From positions 131,774-195,773 of the forward strand of contig JABCTZ010000019.1 in assembly GCA_018238155.1 (NCBI GenBank): a stretch of DNA of 64,000 bases, in the 5' to 3' direction. This document shows positions 20,108 through 30,874 of the stretch, piece after piece; position 1 is the first letter of the stretch, and every line of letters begins with the position of its first letter. The position numbers and the translations under genes were made by a program. The DNA is from Candidatus Heimdallarchaeota archaeon (GTDB lineage: Archaea; Asgardarchaeota; Heimdallarchaeia; JABLTI01). Below the pieces are notes generated by a model. It did not search any database. It worked only from the letters and a program-made list of their open reading frames with translations, and was not told where the DNA came from.

Positions 20108-21802
20108 TTAGTCCTTAACATCCTTCTTACTAAGGTATTGTTCTTTCAATTTATTGCAGAACTCTGTTGTTGCTATCATATCCTTGCCAATCTTATTATC
20201 CTCAATTTCAAGAATTCTACTATTTGGTATTACTGAGAGTAAATCGTGTGTCACCGCAAGAACTGAAGCATTAGTACCCATAACATACTCTACAAAAAGG
20301 CTAATTATTTTGCGTTTATTTAATTCATCCAAGTTGGCTGTAGGTTCATCTATAAGCATTATTCTCGGTGATAGTACTAATCCCAGAAGCATTGTTGCCC
20401 TTTTCTTTTCTCCTTGTGAATAGTTTTCTACTAACTGATTTTTAATATCATCCAACGAGAGATATTGCAATAAATGATTTGTATCATAAAAACTCTGTTT
20501 ACTTTTTTTATTAACTGTAAAATAATTTATATTTTCAATTAAGGTCATAGAGGGATAGAGATTGATATATTGTGAGGAGTAGTAGACTGAGTGGGATCGC
20601 AGTTTATCAATTGCTGTAAAATTAGATGAGAGGATTTCTTCACCTAGAATTCTTATTGAACCGATAAAATCCCTATCAATCCCTGATACAAGGTTCAGTA
20701 ATGTTGTTTTTCCTGTGCCTGATGGACCAATTAGAAACACTAATTCACCAGGATAAATTTGTAGATTTAAGTTTTGTAAGATAAGTTCTTTTCTGGGTGA
20801 ATAATAGAATTTTGTCAAATCTGTACATTCTAAAATACTTGTCTCTTTTTTGTCTCGTTTTCTTGGTTGATATTGTGGGATTTTCACATGTTGGGAAATT
20901 TCTTTTCCGGCAAAGCTTTCTGGTGATTCGGGGTTCTCAAGATAGATTTTCTTTGATTCGTGATTTACAATAAATTTGACTTTCTTGTTTAATGATAGAA
21001 GTTCTTTGATTTGGTTTGGTAGGAATAAGTAAGAATAGCTATCAATATGCGAAACAAAAGTCTCAGAAGCAACAGGTTTATCCTTATCTTCACTTTCCTC
21101 TGGAAAATTTTCCTGAGTATAAATAGCTCCTAATCTACCGTTGAAAATAAGAAAAGATTCAGAGACCACAGAAAAGTAGTTAGGATCATGACTAACAACA
21201 ACAATGGTTGTTTTTTCCTCTTGATTTATTTTTTTAAGTAGATCCAAAATGATTTTTGTGTTCTTTTTATCAAGTTGACCTGTAGGTTCATCAGCTAATA
21301 GTATTGATGGAGAGTTGGTGAGGGAAATTGCTAAACTAACTCGCATACTTTCTCCCATTGAAAGCAGTTTTGCCTTTCTAAGAGCGAGATGTTTGATCTC
21401 CATTTGCTCTAGTATTTCATCAACTTGTTTTTTTGATTCTTCTAAGCTCTTACCTAAAAGCCTAGTTGGTACCATTAAATTCCGTTCAACAGTAAGCTCT
21501 GGAAAGAGATTATAATGTGGTATTTGATTAAGGAATCCAATATTCTGCAAACGGAAATCATATAATTCTTTCTTTGACATTAAATCAACGTCATGCGATA
21601 AAACATTCACTTTACCACTAGTTGGTTGTTCTAAACCACTGATTATTCTCATGAGAGTAGATTTCCCAGCACCACTGGGACCAATTATTGAAACAAAACT
21701 ACCACTCTTGATATCTAAATCACAACCACCTAAAGCTACAATGGAACGACCTAGTTCAGGCTTAGGATAGATTTTTGTTATTGCCTCAAGATTAATCATC
21801 AT
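20108..21802 (-). CDS. ABC transporter ATP-binding protein with two LolD/MacB-type NBDs
   Basis: GPSGAGKS/LSMGE/LADEPT and GPSGTGKT/YSQGE/LIDEPT, separated by an AbrB-like linker. Confidence 0.9.
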   Translation of the reverse strand: MMINLEAITKIYPKPELGRSIVALGGCDLDIKSGSFVSIIGPSGAGKSTLMRIISGLEQPTSGKVNVLSHDVDLMSKKELYDFRLQNIGFLNQIPHYNLFPELTVERNLMVPTRLLGKSLEESKKQVDEILEQMEIKHLALRKAKLLSMGESMRVSLAISLTNSPSILLADEPTGQLDKKNTKIILDLLKKINQEEKTTIVVVSHDPNYFSVVSESFLIFNGRLGAIYTQENFPEESEDKDKPVASETFVSHIDSYSYLFLPNQIKELLSLNKKVKFIVNHESKKIYLENPESPESFAGKEISQHVKIPQYQPRKRDKKETSILECTDLTKFYYSPRKELILQNLNLQIYPGELVFLIGPSGTGKTTLLNLVSGIDRDFIGSIRILGEEILSSNFTAIDKLRSHSVYYSSQYINLYPSMTLIENINYFTVNKKSKQSFYDTNHLLQYLSLDDIKNQLVENYSQGEKKRATMLLGLVLSPRIMLIDEPTANLDELNKRKIISLFVEYVMGTNASVLAVTHDLLSVIPNSRILEIEDNKIGKDMIATTEFCNKLKEQYLSKKDVKD

Positions 21803-24735
21803 GTACCCTCCATAATTGATGGTTGAAACTCAAAGAATTTCTTCTGATAAAAATGTCTGATGAGGATATCTGCTCCTAATAGACTCAATAATATGATTAC
21901 CAAATAAAGTGAAAACTGGGCATAAAAAGGAACGTTCAGAATCCAATTCTCTGCTTTAATTAGAACTCTTAGAAGAAAAACAAGAGACCCAATACCTGCG
22001 CCAATGCTTATTGGGAGAATTAGAAGTAAAATAAGCAAGTACTCAACAAGGAAATTTCTTGAAATAGTCTTAATAGAAAATCCTCGATAACGTAAGACAA
22101 GTATCTTCTCTCGTCGAGCATTGATCATATCTTGTACTAAAACAATACCAATAATGAAAAATGAAATACCTCCAAAAATGCCTGTTACAATTGATAATGC
22201 TATGATACTAGTAGCAAAAGTTGGCAAGTAATCAGGATAAACATCCATCCAAGTTGTATGATCAATTGAATAAGGTATTGATTGTAATGCTAGTAAAAGT
22301 GCATTCATTTCTGATTGTTTTTTGACTTTAATAATAACAGCCTCGTCTATTAAAATAACTGAAATATCTTCATTATGCTGAAGAACTGTTTGGAAAGCTG
22401 ATTCAGTCATAACTAGAAAAGGAATAGAATTTTTTTCAAAATGAAATGTTGAAAGTTGGTAGTCATTTAATAGTATTGGAAAGATACTATACATATCAAA
22501 AACTTGGAATTCCTTTTCAACAAGCTGCTCATCATCAGCTGTATTATTGTTAAAACCTAACATTATACTATTGTTTTCTGAATCAGAAACAATCCTCCTA
22601 TTAATAAATAGGTCTTCTGACTGTGTGAGAATGGAATTCGGAGCATCACTGAATCCCTCTAAGTCATCTATAGTAATTCCCAAATTATAATCTCTGGAAT
22701 AGGATACTGTTGATCCAAAGGTTGGTGAGATAACCAATACTTGGTAATCAACGTCAAATATCGATAACTGGACAAGAGAATAATTTGCAGCTGAATGGAC
22801 AGAAGGAAATAATGAAATATCTGAAAGTAAAGACGCAGTGTTGGACGGATTTTCTAAATGAATAGAAACGTCAGAACCGAGATCAAATTTTGCAGAATAG
22901 GTAGCATGTTGTGATATATAAAGTGGAATTAAAAAAGCTTGAATAAAGATTAGAAATGAAAGAGCAATGAAAAAGGATTGTTTTTTGTGATGTTGAAAAG
23001 CAAGAGAAAGATTGTGCAAGACTATCGAGAATTTTTTTGACGCTTTTTTCCAGAGGGATTGCGATAACTTTACTAACTGTTTAAGCAACGAATTTATTAA
23101 AATAAAAAGCAAACAGATAATTGTTATTGAAATGGAAATATACAAAAAGATATCAAAAATAAAGACTATCTCAGAATCTAAGACAGTCTGTAAATTTAAT
23201 AAATTTTTAATAATCAATAATGCTGTCATAGCTAAAAGTGAAAACAAACTAGTTAATCCGATGACCAGTATTTGAGTTTTGGTTGAACCACTAGTGGTAG
23301 CTGTGAAAGAGCTAAGACGATTTGGGTAGAATTTTTCAACTTTTCTGAGAAGAATTACTAAATTGACAAATGAAAAGACAAACAAGAAAATAAAGAACAA
23401 TAATGAGGGGACAAATGCCATACCAAAAGAGATTAGGTTTAGTGTAAGAGAACTTGCCTTTGTTATACCTGAGATAATTCCAAGGTTCAAATATGTTAAT
23501 GGAACAGCTAAAATAAGAGCTAAAAAACAAGAAGAACTAATTTCTATAAAACGAGAAATGGTGAATATCTTGAGGATAGTACTACGAGGAAAACCACGAG
23601 TTATGAAATTAGCATAAATGTCTGATAGCTTGAGAGTATTAGATGAAAAACTAAGCCAAAGAATAAACAAAGAAAATACTAATGATGCAAACCCAATGGC
23701 AAAAAGTCGAAACCATTGTTGTTGAATATCCCTTTTAAAGTGAATCATGAAGTCTGCTAATTCAAGAGTGACACTGGCGGAAAGATCATGATAATATGAA
23801 AAACCAGATAAATCAGGTAAATTCTCAGCTGAATTATAAACTTCTTTCAAATCAGCAATTTTTAATGAAGAAAAATCATAGAGGAATTGTATATGGATTT
23901 CTATTTCCGATGATAATAGTTTTGGGAAGGCATGAAAGAAATCAGTTAAGTAATTAATAGAAAGTAATAGCAAAGGTTGATCAGATATAAAGCTTGTATA
24001 ATAATCTAGAATTTTAAAAAGAAAGGGATTTTCCTCTTCAATGATACTTTCAAGCAGGAAATCGTTTGTATTGAAAATATTGGAAATACTAACATTAAAT
24101 GGATCAATAACGAATGTGTTATTTACAATTAATTCAGATTCTTCTTGAACAAAAGGTAAAATTGAAATGGTATCACCAATTGAATAGGTGTATTCAAGAG
24201 TAGTCTGTTCTGGCAAATCATTTTTTTGTACTAATATACATTCATCAAAAGAAATAGGAATTTCATTGATTATCTCAAAATATTTAGAGATTTGATTTAA
24301 GGATTCATTCTGTATAAATAAAATATTTGAAGAAGCGATTTCCCCCTCTGAGTAATATTGTAATTGAGCATCACAATTGGATATATAACCATCAATATAT
24401 TTGTCTAAATTTGAGTTAAAAATAATGTCATCAATATCTCTATTAATTTCTGCAATAAGGTTTGAGGGAATATTTGATGTATTAGTAAGATAAGAATTAG
24501 AGAAGAAATAACCTATAGAATGTTGTTCATCTCCTTCTAAAGGATGTAAAGATTGGTATTCCAATAAAAAAGAAGACTGTACACTTAAACCAATGAAAAG
24601 TATTGGGAAAAATAAAAGAAATGGAAGCATAAAACTTAGAATTGAGAATAGTAAGTGTTTTTTATCACTGAATGTAAAAGAAAATGCACAATACAGTAAT
24701 GATTTAATTGAGAAAGTATCTTTTTGAATAACCAT
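21799..24735 (-). CDS. FtsX/MacB-like ABC permease
   Basis: Multiple TM helices with two large extracytoplasmic loops; RGF motifs (ITRGF, LRYRGFS); GSDV; overlaps the ATPase gene by 4 bp. Confidence 0.8.
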   Translation of the reverse strand: MVIQKDTFSIKSLLYCAFSFTFSDKKHLLFSILSFMLPFLLFFPILFIGLSVQSSFLLEYQSLHPLEGDEQHSIGYFFSNSYLTNTSNIPSNLIAEINRDIDDIIFNSNLDKYIDGYISNCDAQLQYYSEGEIASSNILFIQNESLNQISKYFEIINEIPISFDECILVQKNDLPEQTTLEYTYSIGDTISILPFVQEESELIVNNTFVIDPFNVSISNIFNTNDFLLESIIEEENPFLFKILDYYTSFISDQPLLLLSINYLTDFFHAFPKLLSSEIEIHIQFLYDFSSLKIADLKEVYNSAENLPDLSGFSYYHDLSASVTLELADFMIHFKRDIQQQWFRLFAIGFASLVFSLFILWLSFSSNTLKLSDIYANFITRGFPRSTILKIFTISRFIEISSSCFLALILAVPLTYLNLGIISGITKASSLTLNLISFGMAFVPSLLFFIFLFVFSFVNLVILLRKVEKFYPNRLSSFTATTSGSTKTQILVIGLTSLFSLLAMTALLIIKNLLNLQTVLDSEIVFIFDIFLYISISITIICLLFILINSLLKQLVKLSQSLWKKASKKFSIVLHNLSLAFQHHKKQSFFIALSFLIFIQAFLIPLYISQHATYSAKFDLGSDVSIHLENPSNTASLLSDISLFPSVHSAANYSLVQLSIFDVDYQVLVISPTFGSTVSYSRDYNLGITIDDLEGFSDAPNSILTQSEDLFINRRIVSDSENNSIMLGFNNNTADDEQLVEKEFQVFDMYSIFPILLNDYQLSTFHFEKNSIPFLVMTESAFQTVLQHNEDISVILIDEAVIIKVKKQSEMNALLLALQSIPYSIDHTTWMDVYPDYLPTFATSIIALSIVTGIFGGISFFIIGIVLVQDMINARREKILVLRYRGFSIKTISRNFLVEYLLILLLILPISIGAGIGSLVFLLRVLIKAENWILNVPFYAQFSLYLVIILLSLLGADILIRHFYQKKFFEFQPSIMEGT

Positions 24736-24737
24736 TT

Positions 24738-26291
24738 TTAATTCTCTTCTCTGCTTTTTTGTTTTTTCTTATAGCGGTGAAAGTAATAGTAACCAACTCC
24801 TCCAAAAATAATAGGAATAATGATTGAACTGGTTATTATTAGCCAATAATAGGGTGATTTGATTGCTCTAATAAAATAAGGTTTACTTATGTCATTAGCA
24901 TATATACCATATATACCAAGTGAGGAGATTATGTTATTATCTCCTCCAAAAGAATGATATTGAGAATGATCATTGTATGCATACCCTAGTAAATATGAAT
25001 CAAGATAGGAGTTAGATGTACAGTTATAGATAAAACGCGAATGGAAAGGATTTAAATTACTTTCCAGATTAAGATTTATGTAATTCCAATCTCCATTAAT
25101 CGTCAATGAGTAATTGATTAAAGCTATTTGTCTGAACTCTGAATGTGCAGTAGATTTTCTATAAATTATTGAAAGTTGCGAATTGTGAATATATGCATCA
25201 AAAATCTCAAGTCCTTTATATGTATAAAATCTAACATTGGGGTCTATTCTTGTATTCAATGTTACATATGCGCTTTCGGATACACTTGTTAAGTTAAAGG
25301 TTGAAGAGGTACTGTTGTATTCAAATAGAGCAAATTCTGTTGGAGAACTTGTTGAAGCAGATAAGGTACAGAGTAAGTAGATGTTGTCTGTTAACTGATT
25401 ATACAACAATCTTCCAACTCTTATGCTACCTTTTATATTATAACCTGGATTGGAGAATGAGCAATTAGAATAATTAGTTAGAGAATGAGTAAGGAAATCG
25501 TATTCATATAAACGATAGTTATCTTTTCCTGTATCAAAATAGAGAAAATAGGCACTGTTATTATTTGGATTATAACAAGAGGAAATATCCTCTAACATAC
25601 CATATTCAATATATTTATTAGTTGTTTTTTTAGTTTGATTGAGATCAAATACTATGATATCTGTCTTATTCCCTAAAATATTATAGCTAGTTAGTAAGTA
25701 AATTGCTTGATTATTATCTAAAATATTTACTCCTAAAATACTGGGTGTTGACCGATAGTCAATGAGATAGTTAGTTCCATCAATAAGAAAAATCTTTTGA
25801 CTTTCATTTGAAGTTGAATTATAGTAATAACACCAAAACTCTCGATTATATTCTTGCGTAGTCTCATTTTTCACAGAGAGAGCATAAGCAAAATAAAATG
25901 ATTTCTCCATAGTTGAGGTAAAAAAGTATTGTCTTTCAGGATAAAACCCCTTTTCTTCCAGTAATTCTTTTTCTACTACTTCTCCATCTTCTATAAAAAA
26001 ATGGCTAAGTTTTGTACTATCTTTGTGGTCAGAAATACCAATAAAGTGAAGCTGGTTATCAATTAAATAGCTTCCACATAATCCTAAATCATCACCAGTT
26101 ACTATTAGATTTGAAACACTTAGAAACTCTTTTCCTTGAGCAAAACTTATCATAAATGGAGAAATAAATAAATAAGAAATCAAAAAAATATTGAATAAAT
26201 GCTTCTTCCCTAACATATGTAAACATCCTTTTAACCTGTTCTTAACATAATTTTGGTAGCTTTTCTCGTTACAGTTTTTTACTATTTTCAT
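24738..26291 (-). CDS. Exported protein with a C-terminal membrane anchor (beta-rich, Y/N/S-rich)
   Basis: Signal-like hydrophobic N-terminus (probable start MLGKK at 26216); C-terminal TM followed by a basic tail. Confidence 0.7.
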   Translation of the reverse strand: MKIVKNCNEKSYQNYVKNRLKGCLHMLGKKHLFNIFLISYLFISPFMISFAQGKEFLSVSNLIVTGDDLGLCGSYLIDNQLHFIGISDHKDSTKLSHFFIEDGEVVEKELLEEKGFYPERQYFFTSTMEKSFYFAYALSVKNETTQEYNREFWCYYYNSTSNESQKIFLIDGTNYLIDYRSTPSILGVNILDNNQAIYLLTSYNILGNKTDIIVFDLNQTKKTTNKYIEYGMLEDISSCYNPNNNSAYFLYFDTGKDNYRLYEYDFLTHSLTNYSNCSFSNPGYNIKGSIRVGRLLYNQLTDNIYLLCTLSASTSSPTEFALFEYNSTSSTFNLTSVSESAYVTLNTRIDPNVRFYTYKGLEIFDAYIHNSQLSIIYRKSTAHSEFRQIALINYSLTINGDWNYINLNLESNLNPFHSRFIYNCTSNSYLDSYLLGYAYNDHSQYHSFGGDNNIISSLGIYGIYANDISKPYFIRAIKSPYYWLIITSSIIIPIIFGGVGYYYFHRYKKKQKSREEN

Positions 26292-26336
26292 TTGTTTTTT
26301 ATAAAAAAGAAAAAAAATAATTGGAAAGAGTATTAT

Positions 26337-26993
26337 TTAGTCGTAGTATGGTGCTGGGAAGCTTATGTAATTGATTACATCTTCTACTTGCCAATCATCA
26401 CCATTGGAGTAATAATCATCCATATAATAATACATGGGAGTCCAATTACTTAATACATAACCTGCAGACCACCAAGTAAAATCATCTCGATCACGTCCAA
26501 AAACCTTGGCTCCTTCACGTTCAAAAATCATATTACCTCGGTTTTTAATTTGAAAGACACACATGCGATAATCATCTTGTGAACTATCGCCAAAGTTTGT
26601 ATTTAATGTAGAATCACGTTTTACACCACCATCATATGAATCGATAATGTAGTTAAAGTCATCATAATCACCATTATCATTAGAATCTGAAACACAAATA
26701 ATTATAAAGTCCATATTATTAAGATAAGGACAAACTACTCCATTTGATCCTCCACGAGATTCATAGATATAAAAGTCATTTCGATTTGTTGTTTCATATA
26801 AAAAGTAATGAATGGCTTTACCACCTGTTGATGGCACATCAACTAAAAGAATTAATGTTTCATCATAGTATACACTAGATCCATTGAAATACAGATAACA
26901 ATTATCGTATATATATGAATTACTTAGATTTGAATTCACAAACATTAATCCTAGAAAACTTATTAGTAATAAATTCAAGTATTTTTGTTTCAA
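26337..26993 (-). CDS. Secreted acidic hypothetical protein
   Basis: Signal peptide MKQKYLNLLLISFLGLMFV; DSNDNGDYDD resembles a Dx[DN]xDG Ca-binding loop. Confidence 0.7.
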   Translation of the reverse strand: MKQKYLNLLLISFLGLMFVNSNLSNSYIYDNCYLYFNGSSVYYDETLILLVDVPSTGGKAIHYFLYETTNRNDFYIYESRGGSNGVVCPYLNNMDFIIICVSDSNDNGDYDDFNYIIDSYDGGVKRDSTLNTNFGDSSQDDYRMCVFQIKNRGNMIFEREGAKVFGRDRDDFTWWSAGYVLSNWTPMYYYMDDYYSNGDDWQVEDVINYISFPAPYYD

Positions 26994-27287
26994 TTTATAC
27001 TCTCCAGTAAGTTATTCCTTTTCGAGAAACAACTACTTGAAAAAAAAAAGCAGTTCAAACTGATATTTAAACATTTCTCAGTTTTGAATTATTGTCGATT
27101 TAGTTATTTTACTCTTGTAAATATTCTTATTCAAAATGAAAACAATCAATGTTATTTATTATTGGGTCTATACAATTCTGCAATTCAGAAATGAATTGAT
27201 TATCATAAGTGAACACTAAATTTCTATTACTCGTGTTTTTTCTATCAATTTCATTAAAATAAAAAAAAACTCTTCAAATGAAGTCGT

Positions 27288-27311
27288 GGATACACATTCC
27301 ATCTGGTCCAC
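27288..27311 (+). repeat. Degenerate duplicate of the tRNA-Ala 3' end (attR-like)
   Basis: 20/24 ungapped match to 20013-20036. Confidence 0.75.
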
Positions 27312-27315
27312 ATCT

Positions 27316-28278
27316 CTATTCTAGTTTTTCTTTCTGAAATGATCGAGCACCCATTTCTTTGATAGTGCAACTAGCAGCCTTTGTTCCAAGTTTAGCTGCT
27401 TTTTGAACATCTCCATCTTTTAAAAATTCATGAAGGAATCCTGCAATAAATGCGTCTCCTGCTCCTGTCGTGTCAACAACTGTTGTTGGTATTGCTTCTT
27501 GGAAATGCTCTATGCCATCAGAATTCTTTACAAGTACTCCATCTTCTCCTAAAGTTAAAACAGCATTTTCTGAATACTGAAGCATCTTGTTGATTATATC
27601 GTTATGGTCATCGAGATCTGTAAATGCCTTGCCTTCGAATTGATTGGCAAATAAAACATATGGAGGATATTTTTTCATCATTTTTTGTAGCGTAGGCAAT
27701 GTTTGTTCAATTACTGAATGTGATGCAAGATCAAAAGTTGTTTTTTGAGCATTCTCTAAAATTTTCCATAATACCTCTTGTGAATTGATAATTAGGTATC
27801 CTTCAATATGGTTTATTCCTGCATTGGTGATAATCTTTTCAGCAACTGAATCAGGATGTAAAATTTCGGAAGCTCCCCAGTGCACAATAAAGGTCCGATC
27901 TTTATCTGGTGTGATAAGTGAAAAGAGCTGTCCTGTTGCTTTTTCTTTATCTAAAACACTGACAGGTTCTACTCCTTCTTCTTTCAAGATTTGCATAAAA
28001 TGCCAACCATCTTCATCATCTCCATGTTTACCACAAAAGGATACATTTGAACCCAATTTAGCTAAATTGGACATAATATTTGCTGCACTTCCCCCGGGAT
28101 TTTTAAAAATCGTTGTTTCAGGCATTCCTTCTAATCGTTTGATAATATCTGTAATGATCTCGAAATTAACTCTCTTGTGTCCACCTTTCTCAATTTCTAC
28201 ATCTAGTAAAAATGGATAATCTACTTCAACTGTTAAATCCCATAATACTTGCCCATAACCAAGAATTGTTTCCTTCAT
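27316..28278 (-). CDS. PfkB/ribokinase-family kinase (adenosine kinase-like)
   Basis: PGGSAAN, ANQFE, VDTTGAGDAFIAGFL. Confidence 0.92.
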   Translation of the reverse strand: MKETILGYGQVLWDLTVEVDYPFLLDVEIEKGGHKRVNFEIITDIIKRLEGMPETTIFKNPGGSAANIMSNLAKLGSNVSFCGKHGDDEDGWHFMQILKEEGVEPVSVLDKEKATGQLFSLITPDKDRTFIVHWGASEILHPDSVAEKIITNAGINHIEGYLIINSQEVLWKILENAQKTTFDLASHSVIEQTLPTLQKMMKKYPPYVLFANQFEGKAFTDLDDHNDIINKMLQYSENAVLTLGEDGVLVKNSDGIEHFQEAIPTTVVDTTGAGDAFIAGFLHEFLKDGDVQKAAKLGTKAASCTIKEMGARSFQKEKLE

Positions 28279-28309
28279 ATTTTGATCAGAACCTTTGATT
28301 AGATTTAAC

Positions 28310-28540
28310 CTATTTTTTACTTTGATTAAATAAATGAATTGCTACTTCTTTTGCCCACTCACCAACAGGTATATCTGCATCTTCATTCATTCTATTTAGA
28401 TATTCTTTCCAAGTCAATTTATTATATGCTTTTTGCCAATCGCTAAATCGTTTCTCAAGATTCTTTTTGGCAATAGAATGGGCATCACAGTAATCGCCTT
28501 TTTCAATTGTAGATTGACAAACAACACACTGAGCGACCAT
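28310..28540 (-). CDS. Small putative Zn-binding protein abutting topA
   Basis: CVVC...YCDAH, GEWAKEVA; its start directly follows the topA stop. Confidence 0.75.
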   Translation of the reverse strand: MVAQCVVCQSTIEKGDYCDAHSIAKKNLEKRFSDWQKAYNKLTWKEYLNRMNEDADIPVGEWAKEVAIHLFNQSKK

Positions 28541-30745
28541 TTATGTCTTCTCCTCAGCTATGGCATCTAAAGCTCCAGCTTTATTGTTTCGATAATTATC
28601 GATGACTTCATCGGGTGTTCCTGAACAATTTAGCCAATTAGGGCAAATTGTAAATGGCTTTTTTCCTTTCCTTCTAATAGTTAGCATTGGAAAACTACAA
28701 TGTTTACAATTTTTCTTAGCTGGTGCAGCATAACCCTTCTGTGGTATGGGTGCACTCCAATCACACAGTTTTTTATAAAAACCTGTACAACCTACAAAAC
28801 GTTTTTTCGTTCGAATTGAACGAGTAATTATTAATTCTCCTTGTTTACAAACAGGACATTTGCCAAGAATACGTTGTCTTTGCTTTAAATTCTGCACTTG
28901 TTCTTCTAAAGTAACGCCAATAATTTTCTCTTTTTTATGGAACTTTTCTAAAATTTTCTTTAATTGTACTATAGATTCCATTAATACGGCTTCTCGAGAT
29001 CTTTTACCCATTTGAATATTTTCTATTTCTCTCTGAAGCTTTCTGGTTAATTCAATGGAAATAATATCTGGTGAATTTTTCTCAAGAGTATCTATCACTG
29101 CGAACCCCAAATCTGTTGCATTGATACTCTCATCTTCAATGTATCCTCTGTTGTATAATATATCAATGGTACTTGCTCGAGTAGCTTTTGTTCCCAAATC
29201 TTGTTCTTCCATTTTTTTCAAAAGGGAGTTGGGATTATATCTTGCAGGTGGTTGAGTATAACTTTGTTTTTGGTTAATATAAGCTAGTTTCACCACATCT
29301 CCCACAGCTAAATCGGGAAGCTCCACTTCATCGACTCTTCCAAAAGGAGAGTAAAATTCAAGCCAACCTTTTTTGAGCACCTTCATTCCACGAAGATAGA
29401 ACATATGCCCATTTATGATAAGATCTAACCGAAGACCATTTTTAATTGATGGGTCACAAAAGATAGCTAAATATCTGCAAACAATTAGATTGTAAAGATT
29501 TCTCTCTTCATTTCGTAAATTTCCAACCAATTTTTTGCCTGTTGGATGAATTGGAGGATGAGCTAAATCTTTCTTCTTCCCAAAAGTTGGAGATAATTTA
29601 CTTTTGGCTAGAAGTTTGTTTGCTCGAACCCTATATGAATCACTTTTAGTTAGTTGGGTTAAAATATCTCTATGATTGATTGCAGAAGTAAATTGTTGAC
29701 TACTTGTTCTAGGATAAGAGATTAGCGCATTTAGATATAATATTTCAGCAGTACGCAATGTTCTGCTTGGAGAATAACCAAAGTGTCGGTAAGCTTCTGA
29801 TTGTAAAGTTCCTAAATTGAAAGGTGATGGAGGTTTTTGGGTAATTTTCCGCGATCCAATTTCTTTAACTATCCCATCATGACCTGTTGTTTCTGTAACT
29901 AATCTTTCAGCTTCATTTAGAGATGGCAGAAATTTCTTACAATATTCAATAGAAATCTCATCTCCATTTAAGTCTATTTTTGCATCTATAGACCATCGTG
30001 GAATTGGGACAAAGGTTTGAATATCTCGTTCTCTATCTGCAACAAATCGCAAAGTAGGTCCTTGTACTCTACCTGTAGTAATAAGTTTGTATCGACCTGT
30101 AGCATGTTTAATTGACAAAGTAAGAGCTCGTGTGAGGTTGATACCAAAGAGCCAATCGATTTCATGTCGAGCAAACCCCGCATTAACTAAATTGATATTT
30201 ACAGTAGGATCACGCTGCTCAAATGAGTTCACAATATCATTTTTTGTTAATGTTGAGAATCTCATACGTTTAACGTTTGCTAAATCTTGACCACACGCAA
30301 ATTTGGCAATAGTTGCACCAATGACTTCACCCTCAAGATCATAATCCGTGGCAATTATTACATTTGAAATCTCTTTGCCATATTTCTTGAAGGCAAGAAT
30401 GAACGGTCGAGTTTTACTTTTTTCATTTGCAAGATAAGATGGGGTCCATTTGTAACTAAAAGCAGGATAATGCCATCCACCTGCAGAATCTTCTACTGTA
30501 GAATAAAGATGACCAAGTGCAGGGATAGTAATGATTCTGTCACCTTTTCTCATGCTTTCCCAAACAGGTATTTTGCTAAAATTTCTTGGAACGGGTAATT
30601 TCTTAGGTTTTCCTTTTTCATCTAGAGCTGTTGCGATTCTTTTTGCTGCTGTTGGCTTCTCTGAAATACAAAGATAGTCTGTCAATTCCCATCCATCTCT
30701 CAAGTGTTTTCTACTGTATAATCTATTTTGAATAATAAAAATCAT
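28541..30745 (-). CDS. topA: Type IA DNA topoisomerase (archaeal topoisomerase I/III) with C-terminal Zn ribbons
   Basis: ISEKP TOPRIM, ATDYDLEGE, GRVQGPTL, catalytic ISYPRT, AHPPIHPT, LGTKATR; probable true start is TTG at 30685. Confidence 0.95.
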   Translation of the reverse strand: MIFIIQNRLYSRKHLRDGWELTDYLCISEKPTAAKRIATALDEKGKPKKLPVPRNFSKIPVWESMRKGDRIITIPALGHLYSTVEDSAGGWHYPAFSYKWTPSYLANEKSKTRPFILAFKKYGKEISNVIIATDYDLEGEVIGATIAKFACGQDLANVKRMRFSTLTKNDIVNSFEQRDPTVNINLVNAGFARHEIDWLFGINLTRALTLSIKHATGRYKLITTGRVQGPTLRFVADRERDIQTFVPIPRWSIDAKIDLNGDEISIEYCKKFLPSLNEAERLVTETTGHDGIVKEIGSRKITQKPPSPFNLGTLQSEAYRHFGYSPSRTLRTAEILYLNALISYPRTSSQQFTSAINHRDILTQLTKSDSYRVRANKLLAKSKLSPTFGKKKDLAHPPIHPTGKKLVGNLRNEERNLYNLIVCRYLAIFCDPSIKNGLRLDLIINGHMFYLRGMKVLKKGWLEFYSPFGRVDEVELPDLAVGDVVKLAYINQKQSYTQPPARYNPNSLLKKMEEQDLGTKATRASTIDILYNRGYIEDESINATDLGFAVIDTLEKNSPDIISIELTRKLQREIENIQMGKRSREAVLMESIVQLKKILEKFHKKEKIIGVTLEEQVQNLKQRQRILGKCPVCKQGELIITRSIRTKKRFVGCTGFYKKLCDWSAPIPQKGYAAPAKKNCKHCSFPMLTIRRKGKKPFTICPNWLNCSGTPDEVIDNYRNNKAGALDAIAEEKT

Positions 30746-30874
30746 ACATATAAGCTAATAATAAACCATTTGTTCTTCAAATCAAATAACATCATAAATT
30801 GATTGTTAATTTGATTACAAGAAAGTTTTTTTTGGAAGAGATATCTCATTAACCACTAAATGGAGAAATGTTAG

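Larger units (their letters stand above)
20013..27311. mobile_element. Islet integrated at the 3' end of tRNA-Ala, carrying an ABC export module (no integrase)
   Basis: tRNA 3' end GGATTCAAATTCCGTCCGGTCCAC (20013-20036) recurs as GGATACACATTCCATCTGGTCCAC (27288-27311), 20/24 identical. Confidence 0.7.
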
